From contig CAVQLY010000005.1 of the NCBI GenBank assembly GCA_963713475.1, positions 77,955 to 141,954 on the forward strand: a stretch of DNA of 64,000 nt, in the 5' to 3' direction. The stretch is from an uncultured Thermoleophilia bacterium (GTDB lineage Bacteria > Actinomycetota > Thermoleophilia > UBA2241). The number at the start of each line of letters is the position of its first letter. The stretch's first letter is position 1. The notes beneath the pieces were generated by a model. The model saw only the letters and a program-made list of their open reading frames with translations, searched no databases and had not been told where the DNA came from. Position numbers and translations under genes: made by a program. Of this stretch, positions 9,894 through 20,459 are shown in pieces.

Positions 9894-12800
9894 CTACGCC
9901 AGCGAGGCCCGCAACTCTCCGGCCTCCTGGAGCGCGGGGCCGGCGCCGAGACGCTCGAAGATCTTCGTCGCGGCGTCGAGCGGCGCGACGGCCTCGGCCG
10001 CCCGGCCGAGAGCTGCCCGGCAGCACGCGAGGCCGAAGCGGGCGTGCGCCTCCTCATACGGCATCTCGAACCTCTGCCACCGCGAGGCGGCGTCGGCGAA
10101 GCCCGCCGCCGCCGTCTCGAGCTCGGTGTCCGCCTGCGCGAGAAGGGCACCCACGGTCGCGACGACGTTCTCGAACAGCGGCAGCCTCGGCTCCGGGAAG
10201 CCGGTGAGGCAGCATTCGAGGAACCCCGCCGCGATCGCACGCTCTCCGCACCGAAGAGCGGCTCTCACGGCGGTTGGGACGAGCTCGACGACCGCTGTGA
10301 CGGCCGGCGGCGACGCCAGGCACTCAGCCAGAAGCGCGGCCGCTTCTTCGGTCTCGCCGGTCCGCACAGACACGAGAGCGGCTCCGAGCAGGGCAGAACC
10401 CTTGAGATGTCCGATGTCACTCTCCCGGCCCCTGTCCGCCATCCAGGAAAGCAGCGGTGCTACCTGCGCGCCTTCTCCGCGCTCCGCGAGCCACTGCGCC
10501 AGCAGAGACCTGACGTACAGAGCATCGGAGACGTCGTCGCTGTCTTCCAGAAGTGCCAGCAGATCGGCAGCTTCCCTGAGCGCGCGGTCCCAGTCCCCTG
10601 CCTCGCGCAGATAGACGACGAGACCCACGCGGCAGTTCATCACGTACGCTTCCAGTCCGTGCCTGCGATCGAACTCCATCGTCTCTGTAATGGCGCGGCA
10701 GGCGGCGCGCGGCCCTTCCAGCGCGAAGATCGACACCGTGCGGTTGCCCTCGATGGCCGCGCGTTCGCGGCCAAGCCCCTGGGCTCGCGCAGCCGCGACC
10801 GCCCGTTCGTAATCCTCCATGCCCTTGCGATCGCCCAGCGTCAGACGCGCGTCCGCGCGGCAATGCAGCGCCACCGCCGGCTCTGGAAGCCCCAGGAGGT
10901 CGCAGATCTCCACCGCCCTGGTCGCCGCGTCGATCACCTCCCGTGGGTCACTGTTCTCGATCGACACGCTGAGAGCATGCATCCCCAGCACCTCGGCTTT
11001 CTCGGGGGATGGGCCGTCGTCGGCGAGCAGGCCCACGGCCTCCCGCGTCAGGCCGCGGTCGGACTCGCCCATCCGCGGAAGCGTGTGGGCCAACATGCAC
11101 ATCGCGACCGCCTCGGCCCGCCTGTCGCCTGCGGCCCGATACCGCTCGATGGCCTCCTCGAGGACCTCCGCCGCCTCCCGAAGGCGGTTCGTGAGGAAGA
11201 GCGCCTCGGCCAGGCGCGAAAGCAGCTTCGTCCACTCGGTGCCGTCAGGACCGGTGAGCTCCAGCGCACGCCTCAGGTGGCGCTCGGCCGCGGTCGCGTC
11301 GAGGCGCAGGGCTCGTTCGCCGGCGAGCGTGAGACTCCGGAGCGTCGGAGCGACGAGCGATGCAGCGAGCTGGTACGCGCCGTCGGCCCGGGCGAGCTCC
11401 CTGGCGGTCTCGTAGTGGTGGACGAGGATCTCGGCATACTCGGAGCTCCGCTCGCCGGTGGTCCGCGTGACCCACGTTGCGACGGCCGCGTGCTGCTGTG
11501 CCCGGACCCCGCGCGGCAGTTGTCCGTACGCGACATCGCGGGCCAGGGCGTGCCAGAAGAGGTACTCCTCTTCTCCCTGGATGGACGAAGTGATCACGGG
11601 ACGGATCAGGTCGCGTGCGGCGAGCGCGGCCATGATCTCGTCGACCGCCGAGAGATCGCGGCCGGAGAGCTCCGCGACGGCGCCTCCCCAGAACGTCTCA
11701 CCCACCACGGCCGCGTCGCAGAGCAGCGCTTTGTGCTCGGGCGGCAGCGTGTCGAGCCGGGCGGCGAGTACCGCCTGCACCGTCTTCGGCAGAGGCAGCG
11801 CCTCATCCACGAGGCGCAGGCCGGCAGGCGAAGGCGCCAGGTGGTCCCCATCGAGCAGCAGGCGCACGTACTGCTCGGCGTGGAGCGGGTTACCCGCGAT
11901 CAGCTCGACGATCCGCGAGCGGACGTCCGCAGCGAGCTCAGCGCCGAGCAGGTCATCGACGAGGGCGCCGGCTGCCCGGTCCGGGAGTGACGACAGCGTC
12001 AGCCGACGAAGGCGCTCAGCGCCGGTGGTGAGCGCGCCGTCGTGCTGCCGGAGCAGCTCGGGTCGCGCCGTCGCGACGACGAGAAGCGGGGCCTCGAGCG
12101 CCTCTGAGAGGAGATGCTCGATGAAGTCGAGCATGGCCCCGCCCGCCCACTGCAGGTCTTCGAAGACGAGGACCGTGGGCCGATCGGCGGCCATGAGCCC
12201 CACGAAGCGCGTCCAGGCCGCGAGGTTCTCCTCGCGGGAGGCGCGCGCGGCGTCCAGGCCGAGCAGAGGTCGAAGATGCTGCTGCAACCACGCCCCGTCC
12301 GCGTGTCCGCGCACGCCGGCCGCGAGCTTCGCCTCGACAGCGGCGACATCATCCGACTCGAAGATGCCCAGGTGCGCCTTGACGATGTCGGCCAGCGCCC
12401 AGTACGTGACGCCCTCGCCGTACGGCAGGCATCGCCCCTGCCTCCACGTGGTCAGGTCGGGCCGGGCGTCGAGGGAGCGCGCGAACTCGAGCACGAGACG
12501 GCTCTTGCCGATCCCCGGCTCGCCGATCACCAGCACGAAGTGACTCCGGACCCGGCGCGCGGCCGCGCCGAGCGCCTCTTCAAGCGCCTGCAGTTCCAGC
12601 TCCCGCCCGAGGAACGGTGACGACGTGAGCGCGGCGGTGCGAAGCCCGGTCCGCGCATACGGACGCCGGGCGAGCCACATCCGGACCGGCTCCGCCTTAC
12701 CCTTGGCGACGACCGGCGGCGCCTGCTCGTACTCGATCGCTTCGACGCTCAACTCATGGGCCAGCGCGCCGACGGCGACTCCCATCGGCGGAGCGCCCGC

Positions 12801-13307
12801 CTGGAGGCGGGCTGCGGTGTTCACCACATCGCCGGTGACGAAGCCGCGACCCGAGCGCGGGTCCACGTCGAGACGCACCAGCGCCTCGCCGGTATTGACT
12901 CCACAGCGAGCCTGCAGCGGCGTTCCGTCCGGACGTCTGAGGCCCACGGCACGCAGCGTCTCGAGCAGGCGGAGAGCGGCTCTGACCGCCCGTTCCGGAT
13001 CATCCTCGTGAACGACGGGGACTCCGAAGACCCCGACCACCGCGTCACCGATGAACTTCTCCACGATGCCGCCGTGAGACTCGATCACCCTGCGCGCGTG
13101 CGATGCGTACTGGCTGAGGAGGCGGTCCACGTCTTCCGGGTCCGCCACCTCGCTCATTGCGGTGAAGCCCACGAGGTCGCAGAAGAGAGCCGTCACGACC
13201 TTGCGCTCCTCGGGCCGGACGATGAGGCGACCGACCGGGGCGCCGCACGCCATACAGAAGCCGGCGTGGTCTGGATTCTCGGCGCCGCACGCGAGACAGG
13301 CGGTCAT
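9894..13307 (-). CDS. Zinc-ribbon + class III adenylate/guanylate cyclase + AAA/STAND ATPase + TPR protein
   Basis: N-terminus CLACGAENPDHAGFCMACGAP. Cyclase region VTALFCDLVGFT...GVNTGEALV. Walker A GEPGIGKSRL. Long helical-repeat C-terminus. No C-terminal HTH seen. Confidence 0.85.
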   Translation of the reverse strand: MTACLACGAENPDHAGFCMACGAPVGRLIVRPEERKVVTALFCDLVGFTAMSEVADPEDVDRLLSQYASHARRVIESHGGIVEKFIGDAVVGVFGVPVVHEDDPERAVRAALRLLETLRAVGLRRPDGTPLQARCGVNTGEALVRLDVDPRSGRGFVTGDVVNTAARLQAGAPPMGVAVGALAHELSVEAIEYEQAPPVVAKGKAEPVRMWLARRPYARTGLRTAALTSSPFLGRELELQALEEALGAAARRVRSHFVLVIGEPGIGKSRLVLEFARSLDARPDLTTWRQGRCLPYGEGVTYWALADIVKAHLGIFESDDVAAVEAKLAAGVRGHADGAWLQQHLRPLLGLDAARASREENLAAWTRFVGLMAADRPTVLVFEDLQWAGGAMLDFIEHLLSEALEAPLLVVATARPELLRQHDGALTTGAERLRRLTLSSLPDRAAGALVDDLLGAELAADVRSRIVELIAGNPLHAEQYVRLLLDGDHLAPSPAGLRLVDEALPLPKTVQAVLAARLDTLPPEHKALLCDAAVVGETFWGGAVAELSGRDLSAVDEIMAALAARDLIRPVITSSIQGEEEYLFWHALARDVAYGQLPRGVRAQQHAAVATWVTRTTGERSSEYAEILVHHYETARELARADGAYQLAASLVAPTLRSLTLAGERALRLDATAAERHLRRALELTGPDGTEWTKLLSRLAEALFLTNRLREAAEVLEEAIERYRAAGDRRAEAVAMCMLAHTLPRMGESDRGLTREAVGLLADDGPSPEKAEVLGMHALSVSIENSDPREVIDAATRAVEICDLLGLPEPAVALHCRADARLTLGDRKGMEDYERAVAAARAQGLGRERAAIEGNRTVSIFALEGPRAACRAITETMEFDRRHGLEAYVMNCRVGLVVYLREAGDWDRALREAADLLALLEDSDDVSDALYVRSLLAQWLAERGEGAQVAPLLSWMADRGRESDIGHLKGSALLGAALVSVRTGETEEAAALLAECLASPPAVTAVVELVPTAVRAALRCGERAIAAGFLECCLTGFPEPRLPLFENVVATVGALLAQADTELETAAAGFADAASRWQRFEMPYEEAHARFGLACCRAALGRAAEAVAPLDAATKIFERLGAGPALQEAGELRASLA

Positions 13308-13431
13308 GACTCACGCCCTCGGACCCGCTCGCTGCACCCCACGCAGTGCATCCGTCCCTCCCCGGCAACCTCCGTGATTGTACCGTGGGCGAGCGCTCCC
13401 CCCCAGGCCATGCGTCAGCCCGCGGGGAGGG

Positions 13432-15045
13432 TCAGGTCAGCGAGGTGACGAAGCCCGAGGACTCCGCGTCCTCGCCGCGGAGCACGGCCAGGTAACGCTC
13501 CCGGATCCTCTCCGTGACGGGGCCGATCCGGCTGCCGTTGACCATGCGCGCGTCGACCTCCTTGACCGGCGCGACGTAGGTCGAGGTGCCGCAGGCGAAC
13601 ACCTCATCGGCGATGTACAGCTCGGTCAGGTCGACCTCGCGCTCGCAGGTCTCGATGCCCAGACCTTCGGCGATCCGCAGCACGGTGTCACGGTTGATGC
13701 CCTCGAGCAGGTCGCTCGCCGTGCTGGGGGTGATGAGCACGCCGCCACGCACGATGAAGATGTTGGCGGCGCTGAGCTCGCATACGTGTCCCGAGGCGTC
13801 GAGGAAGATGCAGTCGTCGTAGCCGCTGTCGATGGCGTCCTGCTTGGCGAGCACCGAGTTGACGTAGGCGCCGTTGACCTTGGCGCGCGACGGGATCGCG
13901 TAGTCGGGGATGCGCCGCCACACGCTCGTCTTCAGGCGCGCGCCGTCGAGCGGCAGGATGGACTCGGCCCGGTACACGAACATGCTCAGCGTCGTCGTCG
14001 TGCCCCGCGAGCGCGTCCCCGGCAGTTCCTCGCTCACGTGGACGCTCACACGCACGAAGACGTCCTCGGTCACCTCGTTCGCGAGGACGACGTCACGGAG
14101 GGCCTGGACGAAGCGCTCCTCGCTCCAGGCCGGCTCGAACGTGTCGATGCCGATGATCCTCGCGGAGTTCACGAGACGCCGGTAGTGGTCGCCGAGGCGG
14201 AAGGCGATGGGCCGGCCGTCTCGCGCCAGAGTCACCGGCAAGACGGTGTATACGCTCAGCCCGTACAGCACGGCCGCGCTGGTGATGCTCAGGGTGGCGT
14301 CGCCGGTGGCGATGAGCTGGTCGCCGAAGTAGGTGACGGGATACACGTGGGCCATGCCGCGGATACTTCCAGAAGCCGGAGGCACATGCCAGCCGCGAGC
14401 TCGCGCCGGGCGCGCGGCCGACGAGCTGCGGGCGCTCCGGTCCGCGGCTACCGCCAGCTCCCGGGCCCAGAGCGCCAGCGCGGGCGCCGCCCGCCGCAGT
14501 GCACGCCACGCAGTGACGCCCCCGACGAGCGTGGCCAGCGGCCGGTGGAGCTCGCGCTCCGGCGTGTCGAGCACGACGCGCAGCACGGCCAGCGGCCTCC
14601 CGGCCGCCGCTTGCGCCAGCCACGCCGACTCCATGTCGGCGGCCAGGGCGCCCTCGCCGGCCAGCGCGGAGCGCTCGGCGCCGCGCACCACGTGATCGAC
14701 CGAGACCACAGGCCCGACGCGGACGCGCCGGATCCCCAGCGCCGCCAGCGCCGCGACCAGCGGGCCGCTGGAGCACTCGGTGATGCCCGACGGCCCGCGC
14801 ACCTCTGTGGCGACGACGACGTCCCCGGGGCGCAGACCCCGGTCGACCGCCCCGCAGAAGCCCGCGATCGCGACCACGTCCGCGGGGATGCGCGCGGCGA
14901 CCAGCGCGGCGGCCTGCGCCCGGGCCGCGCCCATGCCGGAGCACAGCACCAGCGCCCGAGGAAGACGGCTCTTCAGGGCCGAGCGCTCGAGGCGAAGCGG
15001 AGCGATCACGAGCAGACGAGCGTTTCGAGCGTTCACCTCGGCCAC
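13432..15045 (-). CDS. Apparent fusion: PNP_UDP_1-type nucleosidase/phosphorylase domain (14356..15045) + fold-type IV PLP aminotransferase-like domain (13432..14355)
   Basis: One uninterrupted 537-codon ORF. N-terminal part LLVIAPLRLE...SGMGAARA...GFCGAV...PGDVVVATEV. Ser/Ala/Arg linker. C-terminal part starts at internal ATG 14355 (MAHVYPVTYFGDQLI), which has a weak GGAAG upstream. Confidence 0.7.
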   Translation of the reverse strand: MAEVNARNARLLVIAPLRLERSALKSRLPRALVLCSGMGAARAQAAALVAARIPADVVAIAGFCGAVDRGLRPGDVVVATEVRGPSGITECSSGPLVAALAALGIRRVRVGPVVSVDHVVRGAERSALAGEGALAADMESAWLAQAAAGRPLAVLRVVLDTPERELHRPLATLVGGVTAWRALRRAAPALALWARELAVAADRSARSSSAARPARARGWHVPPASGSIRGMAHVYPVTYFGDQLIATGDATLSITSAAVLYGLSVYTVLPVTLARDGRPIAFRLGDHYRRLVNSARIIGIDTFEPAWSEERFVQALRDVVLANEVTEDVFVRVSVHVSEELPGTRSRGTTTTLSMFVYRAESILPLDGARLKTSVWRRIPDYAIPSRAKVNGAYVNSVLAKQDAIDSGYDDCIFLDASGHVCELSAANIFIVRGGVLITPSTASDLLEGINRDTVLRIAEGLGIETCEREVDLTELYIADEVFACGTSTYVAPVKEVDARMVNGSRIGPVTERIRERYLAVLRGEDAESSGFVTSLT

Positions 15046-15153
15046 GCCGTGCGACCCCCCGGTAGCGTGGCCTCACCCTACCAAACGCAGCCAGAGGCGC
15101 AGAGAGGGTAGAGTGCGGGTGACCTGGGGGCTACTTTGCGGAGGCGGGACGCG

Positions 15154-17847
15154 ATGATGACTCGGCTGTCCACCGGTGTTCTTCTGCTCGGACTCTTCGT
15201 GGCGCTCGGGGCCGTGGTCGCCGATACGTCAGGGGCGGCGCCCACCGTGCCCGATCCCGCCACCGGCTTCCTGCTCAACGGTCGCCAGCTCACCCCGCAG
15301 GGGGCGCAGGTGAGCCTCGGCAACTTCCCCACCGGGGGAGCGGTCACGGCGGACGGGCGGTTTCTCTGGACCGTGTCCGCCGGCCAGGGCGCCAACGACG
15401 TCCGCATCGTCGACACGGCTCGCCGGCGCGTGATCCAGGTCATCGCCCTCGCCGGCGCCTCGGGCGGCGTCGCCCTGGACTCGGGCCGCCGGCGCGCCTA
15501 CATCTCCGCCGTGGGCGTCTCTCGCTGGTGGCCGACGCAGACCGGTCTGCCCGGAGCCGCGGGCAACTACGTCCTCGTCTACGGCTGGAACGCGACGTCC
15601 GGCAAGGCCCACTTCGTCGATGCCATCCCCGTGCCCCCGCAGCCGGGAGCCCCGCCGATCCAGATGTTCCCGGTCCCGACCACCCCGTCGACAGACGCCT
15701 GGCCGCAGAAGCTCGCGGTCTCGCCCGACGGCCGCCGTCTGCTGGTGCCGCTCAACCTCGCCGGCAGCGCCGACGTGATCGACCTGCGGCACCACCGCGT
15801 GCGCAACGTCGTGACCGGCAGCTTCCCGTTCGGCGCGGCGATCCTGCCCGATGGCCGCACCGGCCTGGTGAGCAACGAGGCGGCCGGCACGCTCTCCGTC
15901 GTCGACCTGCGGAAGGGCGTGAAGCTCCGCGACATCCAGGTCGGCCCGCCGCTCTCGCATCCCCAGGGCGTCGTCGTCGACCGCGCGGGCCGGCGCGCCT
16001 ACGTCGCCCTCTCGGCCCTCGACGAGGTGGTCGTCGTCGACCTGCGGCGCCGGCGCGTCGAGCGCACGATCTCGGTGGGTCGCAGCGCCGGCCTCGGGAC
16101 GATGCCGGTGGCGCTCGCGCTCAGTCCCGACGGCGCGCGCCTGTTCGTGGCCGAGTCGGGCGCCGACGAGATCGCCGTCATCCGTCTTCCGAGCCCGAGG
16201 ACGAGGCCCCGGCTCGAGTGGACGCTCCTCGGGCGCATCCCGACCGCCGAAGACCCCCAGGCCGTGGCGACGGCCGCGGCCCGCGGCGGCCGCGCGGCCC
16301 AGCTCCTCTACGTCGCCGCCCGCGGCGTCGGCGTCGGCGCCAACCCGACCGGCCCTGTCCCCACGAAGCCCCTCGACCCCATCTTCTGGGCCTTCAACTG
16401 GCTCGCTCCCACCACCGACGTCTTCAGCCTCACCAGCGGGACCACGTACCTTCCGGCCATGGTCCGCGGCCATGCGGGGCTGATGCGGCTGCCGTCGGAC
16501 GCGACCGTCAAACGGCTCTCCTCCCGGGCGACGCGCCAGATCCACCCGCGCGACGCGCAGGCGGCTCCCGAGGGGACCCCGCTGCGCGCCGGCGGACCGA
16601 TCAAGCACGTCTTCTTCGTGGTGCGTGAGAACCGGACCTACGACCAGCTCCTCGGCGACCTCGGGCGCGGCAACAGCGACCCCCACCTGGTCGTGTTCGG
16701 GAAGAAGGTGACGCCCAACCTGCACGCCCTGGTCACGCGATTCCCGCTCCTCGACCACGTGTTCGCCAACTCGGAGGCGTCCATCCAGGGGCACTTCTGG
16801 ACCGCCGCGGCGAGCGTCCCCGACTACGTCGACCGCAACTGGGTGCAGGAGTACGGCGGGCGCGGGCGCCCCAACGACTTCGGCGTGTACGCCGTGACCT
16901 TCCCCGGCAACGGCTTCCTGTTCAACCAGGCCGAGCGCCAGCACATCTCGTACTTCAACTACGGCGAGGCGATCGCCGGCGATGAGCCGGACATCAGCGA
17001 TCGCGACCGCACTCCAGAGGTGCTGGCCGACGAGAAACTGGTGGCCGCCAACTCCGATCTCGGTCCGGGTTTCACGCCCGGCGGCACCTACCCCAACGAC
17101 CTGTCCATCGGCAGCACCGGCCAGCAGCCCTACCCCGGAGAGATCTTCAACTCGAGCTTCTCGACCCTCCCGAGCCCCCCGCCGGCGGGCAGCCTGTCGT
17201 GCATGGACTCCTTTCAGGCGAGGTTCGAGACGCAGCTCGCCGCCGACGCCGTCCCGACCTTCAACTACCTGACGATGACCGGCGACCACACGCGCGGCAC
17301 GCAGACCGGCTTCCCAACGCCGAACGCCATGGTGGCCGACTGCGACCTGGCGCTGGGCCAGCTCGTCGATCTGATCTCGCACTCGAAGATCTGGTCGTCC
17401 TCGGTCATCTTCGTCGTCGAGGACGACTCCCAGGACGGCGCCGATCACGTCAACGCGCACCGCATCCCGGTGGCGATCATCAGTCCCTACGCAAAGCAGG
17501 GCGCGATCATCCACCGGCGCTATGACCTGCTCTCGGTGGTGCGCTCGATGGAGCTGATCATGGGCATGAAGGCGCTCTCACTGAACGACGCGCTGGCGAC
17601 GCCGATGTACGACGCCTTCACCTCCGAGCCGCTCAACTCGGCCCCGGTGGACTGCCTCCCCGCCCAGGTCGACCTGCTGGAGCGGAACACGCAGGCCGCT
17701 CCCTGGGCGGCGCTCTCGAACCGCCTGGCGCTGGGCAAGCTCGACGCCGTCCCGCAGTGGCAGCTGGACGCGATCCTCTGGAAGTCGGTGTACGGCGCGG
17801 ACAGCACGCCGCCGCCGCCGGGGCCCGACGCGGAAGCATACGAGTAG
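15154..17847 (+). CDS. Exported YncE-like beta-propeller fused to a phosphoesterase (phospholipase C/acid phosphatase family) domain
   Basis: ORF 15136..17847. GGAGG lies 9 nt before ATG 15154. Signal peptide present. Phosphoesterase motif IKHVFFVVRENRTYDQLLGDL and C-terminal VVEDDSQDGADHV. Confidence 0.8.
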   Translation: MMTRLSTGVLLLGLFVALGAVVADTSGAAPTVPDPATGFLLNGRQLTPQGAQVSLGNFPTGGAVTADGRFLWTVSAGQGANDVRIVDTARRRVIQVIALAGASGGVALDSGRRRAYISAVGVSRWWPTQTGLPGAAGNYVLVYGWNATSGKAHFVDAIPVPPQPGAPPIQMFPVPTTPSTDAWPQKLAVSPDGRRLLVPLNLAGSADVIDLRHHRVRNVVTGSFPFGAAILPDGRTGLVSNEAAGTLSVVDLRKGVKLRDIQVGPPLSHPQGVVVDRAGRRAYVALSALDEVVVVDLRRRRVERTISVGRSAGLGTMPVALALSPDGARLFVAESGADEIAVIRLPSPRTRPRLEWTLLGRIPTAEDPQAVATAAARGGRAAQLLYVAARGVGVGANPTGPVPTKPLDPIFWAFNWLAPTTDVFSLTSGTTYLPAMVRGHAGLMRLPSDATVKRLSSRATRQIHPRDAQAAPEGTPLRAGGPIKHVFFVVRENRTYDQLLGDLGRGNSDPHLVVFGKKVTPNLHALVTRFPLLDHVFANSEASIQGHFWTAAASVPDYVDRNWVQEYGGRGRPNDFGVYAVTFPGNGFLFNQAERQHISYFNYGEAIAGDEPDISDRDRTPEVLADEKLVAANSDLGPGFTPGGTYPNDLSIGSTGQQPYPGEIFNSSFSTLPSPPPAGSLSCMDSFQARFETQLAADAVPTFNYLTMTGDHTRGTQTGFPTPNAMVADCDLALGQLVDLISHSKIWSSSVIFVVEDDSQDGADHVNAHRIPVAIISPYAKQGAIIHRRYDLLSVVRSMELIMGMKALSLNDALATPMYDAFTSEPLNSAPVDCLPAQVDLLERNTQAAPWAALSNRLALGKLDAVPQWQLDAILWKSVYGADSTPPPPGPDAEAYE

Positions 17848-17871
17848 GCGGTCCGGACCGGCGCCGCAAAG

Positions 17872-17912
17872 CCGGAAGGCCCGGCGGCTCTGAGAGCCGC
17901 CGGGCCTTCCGG
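17872..17912. terminator. Bidirectional stem-loop between convergent genes
   Basis: Perfect 18-bp stem ccggaaggcccggcggct / agccgccgggccttccgg between stop codons at 17847 (+) and 17938 (-). Confidence 0.6.
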
Positions 17913-17937
17913 TGAAGCTACGACGCTGGTGTCGTTG

Positions 17938-18144
17938 TTACGACAGCACGCGCACGTTGGTCGCCTGAGGCTTGTTGTTCTTGCCGGTGCCCTGCTCGAA
18001 CGAGACGGCCTGACCCTCGTCGAGGGACTTGAAGCCCTCGCTCTGGATCTCCGAGAAGTGAACGAAGAGGTCGTCGCCGCCCTCATGCTCGATGAAGCCG
18101 TAACCCTTGTCGGCGCTGAACCACTTTACTTTGCCTGTCGCCAT
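17938..18144 (-). CDS. cspA: Cold-shock protein (CspA family)
   Basis: [34 protein letters not shown] contains the RNP1/RNP2 motifs. Start taken at the internal ATG 18144. Confidence 0.9.
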   Translation of the reverse strand: MATGKVKWFSADKGYGFIEHEGGDDLFVHFSEIQSEGFKSLDEGQAVSFEQGTGKNNKPQATNVRVLS

Positions 18145-18327
18145 GCTGATATCAATCCCTTCGCCCACTTTGGGGCAAACAAAAACGACGTGACTACCGC
18201 GTAGAAGTGCGGTGTGTCACGTCGCAATCCTGCGGGCCCACTCGGCCCGTCTTCGAACATCATAGCAGATTTCGCGGCGTCGTGCACGCGCCGCCGGCGC
18301 ACGCGCCCATCGCGCAGCCGTGGGACT

Positions 18328-19572
18328 CTAGCGGGCGGCGGTCGACTGCGGTGGAGCGGGGCCTGCCGGACCCGTCTCCCTCACCTCGGCGGGCCGCCGC
18401 CTCCCGCTCCGCATCCCGAACAGGAACCTGGTGACCGACCAGCGCCGCACCCCTTCGTAGAGCGCGAACGTGCCGAGGACCGAGAGCGCGAGCAACGCCA
18501 CCCACTGCAGCGGCTCCCACACCGCCCAGCCGACGAGGTAGAAGGCGAGGACCACGATCACCGTCTGGTGCAGCACGTAGACGGGATACGATCCCTCCGC
18601 CAGGTAGGCGAGGGCGGGCGAAGAACGGTCGAGGTAGCGCCTGCCGTAGCCCAGCAGCCCGACCATCATCAACCACGTCCCCATCATGCCCACATAGACG
18701 ATCGCGACGCGCTGTGGCGAGGGGTCGGGCAGCGAGTCGCGGAAGCCCTGAGTCAGTGACCACCACGCGCACAGGGCGAGACCCAGCGCGAGGGCCGGCA
18801 GGCGAAAGCGCTCGGCCGATTTGATGAAGGCCTCGTCCCGCACTACGAGGTAGCCGAGCACGAAGAGCACGAGGAAGTACCACACGCCCTGTCCAGACGG
18901 ATCGGGGAAGGCGTCGGCGACGAAGAGGAGGAACGCCGGCAGCAGCCACCAAACGAGCCGGCCGAGCCCGCGCGAGAGGCTCTGCAGGAAGGCGCCGCCA
19001 CGTCTGCCCCGCCCCCACGCGAACAGCGGCAGCGCGATGAGAGAAAGCATCAGCAGCAGCAGGATGAACCAGAGCTGGCCGAGGCCGAAGTACCCCAGGA
19101 AGTCGCTGCCGGCCTCAGAGCTGAACCGGAAGAAGTCGCCGCTCGAGAGGTAGTCCCAGTACGAGCCGGTGTACCCGGCGTTGGACCGCGCCCCGTAGTA
19201 GCACTGCGGCGGCACCAGGACGAGGACGCCGAACACGAACGGGACCCCCAGGCGCACGAAGCGCTCGCCCACGTACTGCCGGTTGCTGCGCTTGCGCAGC
19301 GCCAGGCAGGTCGAGGCGCCGGCCAGCAGGAAGAGCAGTTGCATGTGCCATGCGCGGACGAAGTCGAGCAGGTAGCTCAGAGGGATCGAGAGCTGGGCGG
19401 CCTTCACGTAAAAGGGGTCGTCGGCGTTGTAGACGCGCAGGGTGTGGAAAGGGAAGAGGAGCAGAACGGCCAGCACGCGCAGCCAGTCGATGTAGTGCTG
19501 GCGCGCGAACGACTGCTGCGGTGCGGGCGCCTCGAGCGTCCCGGCCTGCGTCTCCAGAGTCCCCACGTTCAC
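18328..19572 (-). CDS. Integral-membrane acyltransferase family 3 (OpgC-like) protein
   Basis: YIDWLRVLAVLLLFPFHTLRVY N-terminal motif, followed by multiple hydrophobic helices. Confidence 0.75.
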   Translation of the reverse strand: MNVGTLETQAGTLEAPAPQQSFARQHYIDWLRVLAVLLLFPFHTLRVYNADDPFYVKAAQLSIPLSYLLDFVRAWHMQLLFLLAGASTCLALRKRSNRQYVGERFVRLGVPFVFGVLVLVPPQCYYGARSNAGYTGSYWDYLSSGDFFRFSSEAGSDFLGYFGLGQLWFILLLLMLSLIALPLFAWGRGRRGGAFLQSLSRGLGRLVWWLLPAFLLFVADAFPDPSGQGVWYFLVLFVLGYLVVRDEAFIKSAERFRLPALALGLALCAWWSLTQGFRDSLPDPSPQRVAIVYVGMMGTWLMMVGLLGYGRRYLDRSSPALAYLAEGSYPVYVLHQTVIVVLAFYLVGWAVWEPLQWVALLALSVLGTFALYEGVRRWSVTRFLFGMRSGRRRPAEVRETGPAGPAPPQSTAAR

Positions 19573-19668
19573 GGCTCCCCCCGGCCCATGGCCCTTCCGA
19601 GAATCTACTCACTTCGGAGCCTGAGGACCAGCGTTTAGTGCGCCTCCCGGACGAGGAGGAGATCCGCG

Positions 19669-20355
19669 TCACTCGACCCACATGTCGAAACTGTAGTCGA
19701 GCCAACCCTGCCCACCGGCCGCGGTGTGCGTGGGCCGGGCGGGATCGCCGGAGTACAGCATCTCGTTGACCGGGCGCGCCGTCCACCAACTCTCGGTCAC
19801 GGTGTACTTGCCGGCCTCCGGGAACGGGCCCACGGGCAACATCACGTTGTTGCCGTACACGCCCGCGCCGATCGTGGGCTTGAAGGGCGTCGGCGTCCAG
19901 TCGGTCATCCAGAACCACTGGTAGAAGTCGTTCCACCACTTGTCCCAGACGTAGGGCCCCGTCCAGTGTGCCTTCACGGTCGCCGGGCCGTAGTGCTTGC
20001 TGTAGCCGTTCGGGCCCGTCACGTCGTAGCTGAACAGCACGTTCTTCGGAGCATTGTTCATGAACCCGTAGCCGACGCCGATCCACATCGCCATGAGCCT
20101 GACTTTGCCGTCTTTCGGGACCGCCTTGAACCAGTCCTTGAGGTCCGGGTCGTTGGGGTCGAAGGACTGATAGAAGGTCGCTTCGTCGATGAACTCCCCG
20201 GTCGAGGGTGAGTACTCCCACCACCAGGCATCCCAGACGGTCGATACGTCGGTGCGTGGGCGGTAGGTCTGCACCTTCTTGCCTGCGAGGGCGGGCGCGG
20301 CGAGCGCGCCCATGCAGACCGCGATACAGATGAGCAGAAGCAAGATGCGTTTCAT
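19669..20355 (-). CDS. Secreted Trp-rich protein of unknown function (paralog of 33851..34444)
   Basis: ORF 19669..20556. Signal peptide starts at ATG 20355 (MKRILLLLICIAVCMGALAAPALA). Shares GPYxWxxW...MTD...AGVxG...P..P...GxYxV with 33851..34444. Confidence 0.65.
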   Translation of the reverse strand: MKRILLLLICIAVCMGALAAPALAGKKVQTYRPRTDVSTVWDAWWWEYSPSTGEFIDEATFYQSFDPNDPDLKDWFKAVPKDGKVRLMAMWIGVGYGFMNNAPKNVLFSYDVTGPNGYSKHYGPATVKAHWTGPYVWDKWWNDFYQWFWMTDWTPTPFKPTIGAGVYGNNVMLPVGPFPEAGKYTVTESWWTARPVNEMLYSGDPARPTHTAAGGQGWLDYSFDMWVE

Positions 20356-20459
20356 CGAGCACCTCCAGTCGAGATGATGCGCGTGGCCGACCGCGCGGGC
20401 CGCCGGCAGATCGGCGCTCCACACACTCCGACTGTCGCGCGCCCGACGCGCCGCTGTCA

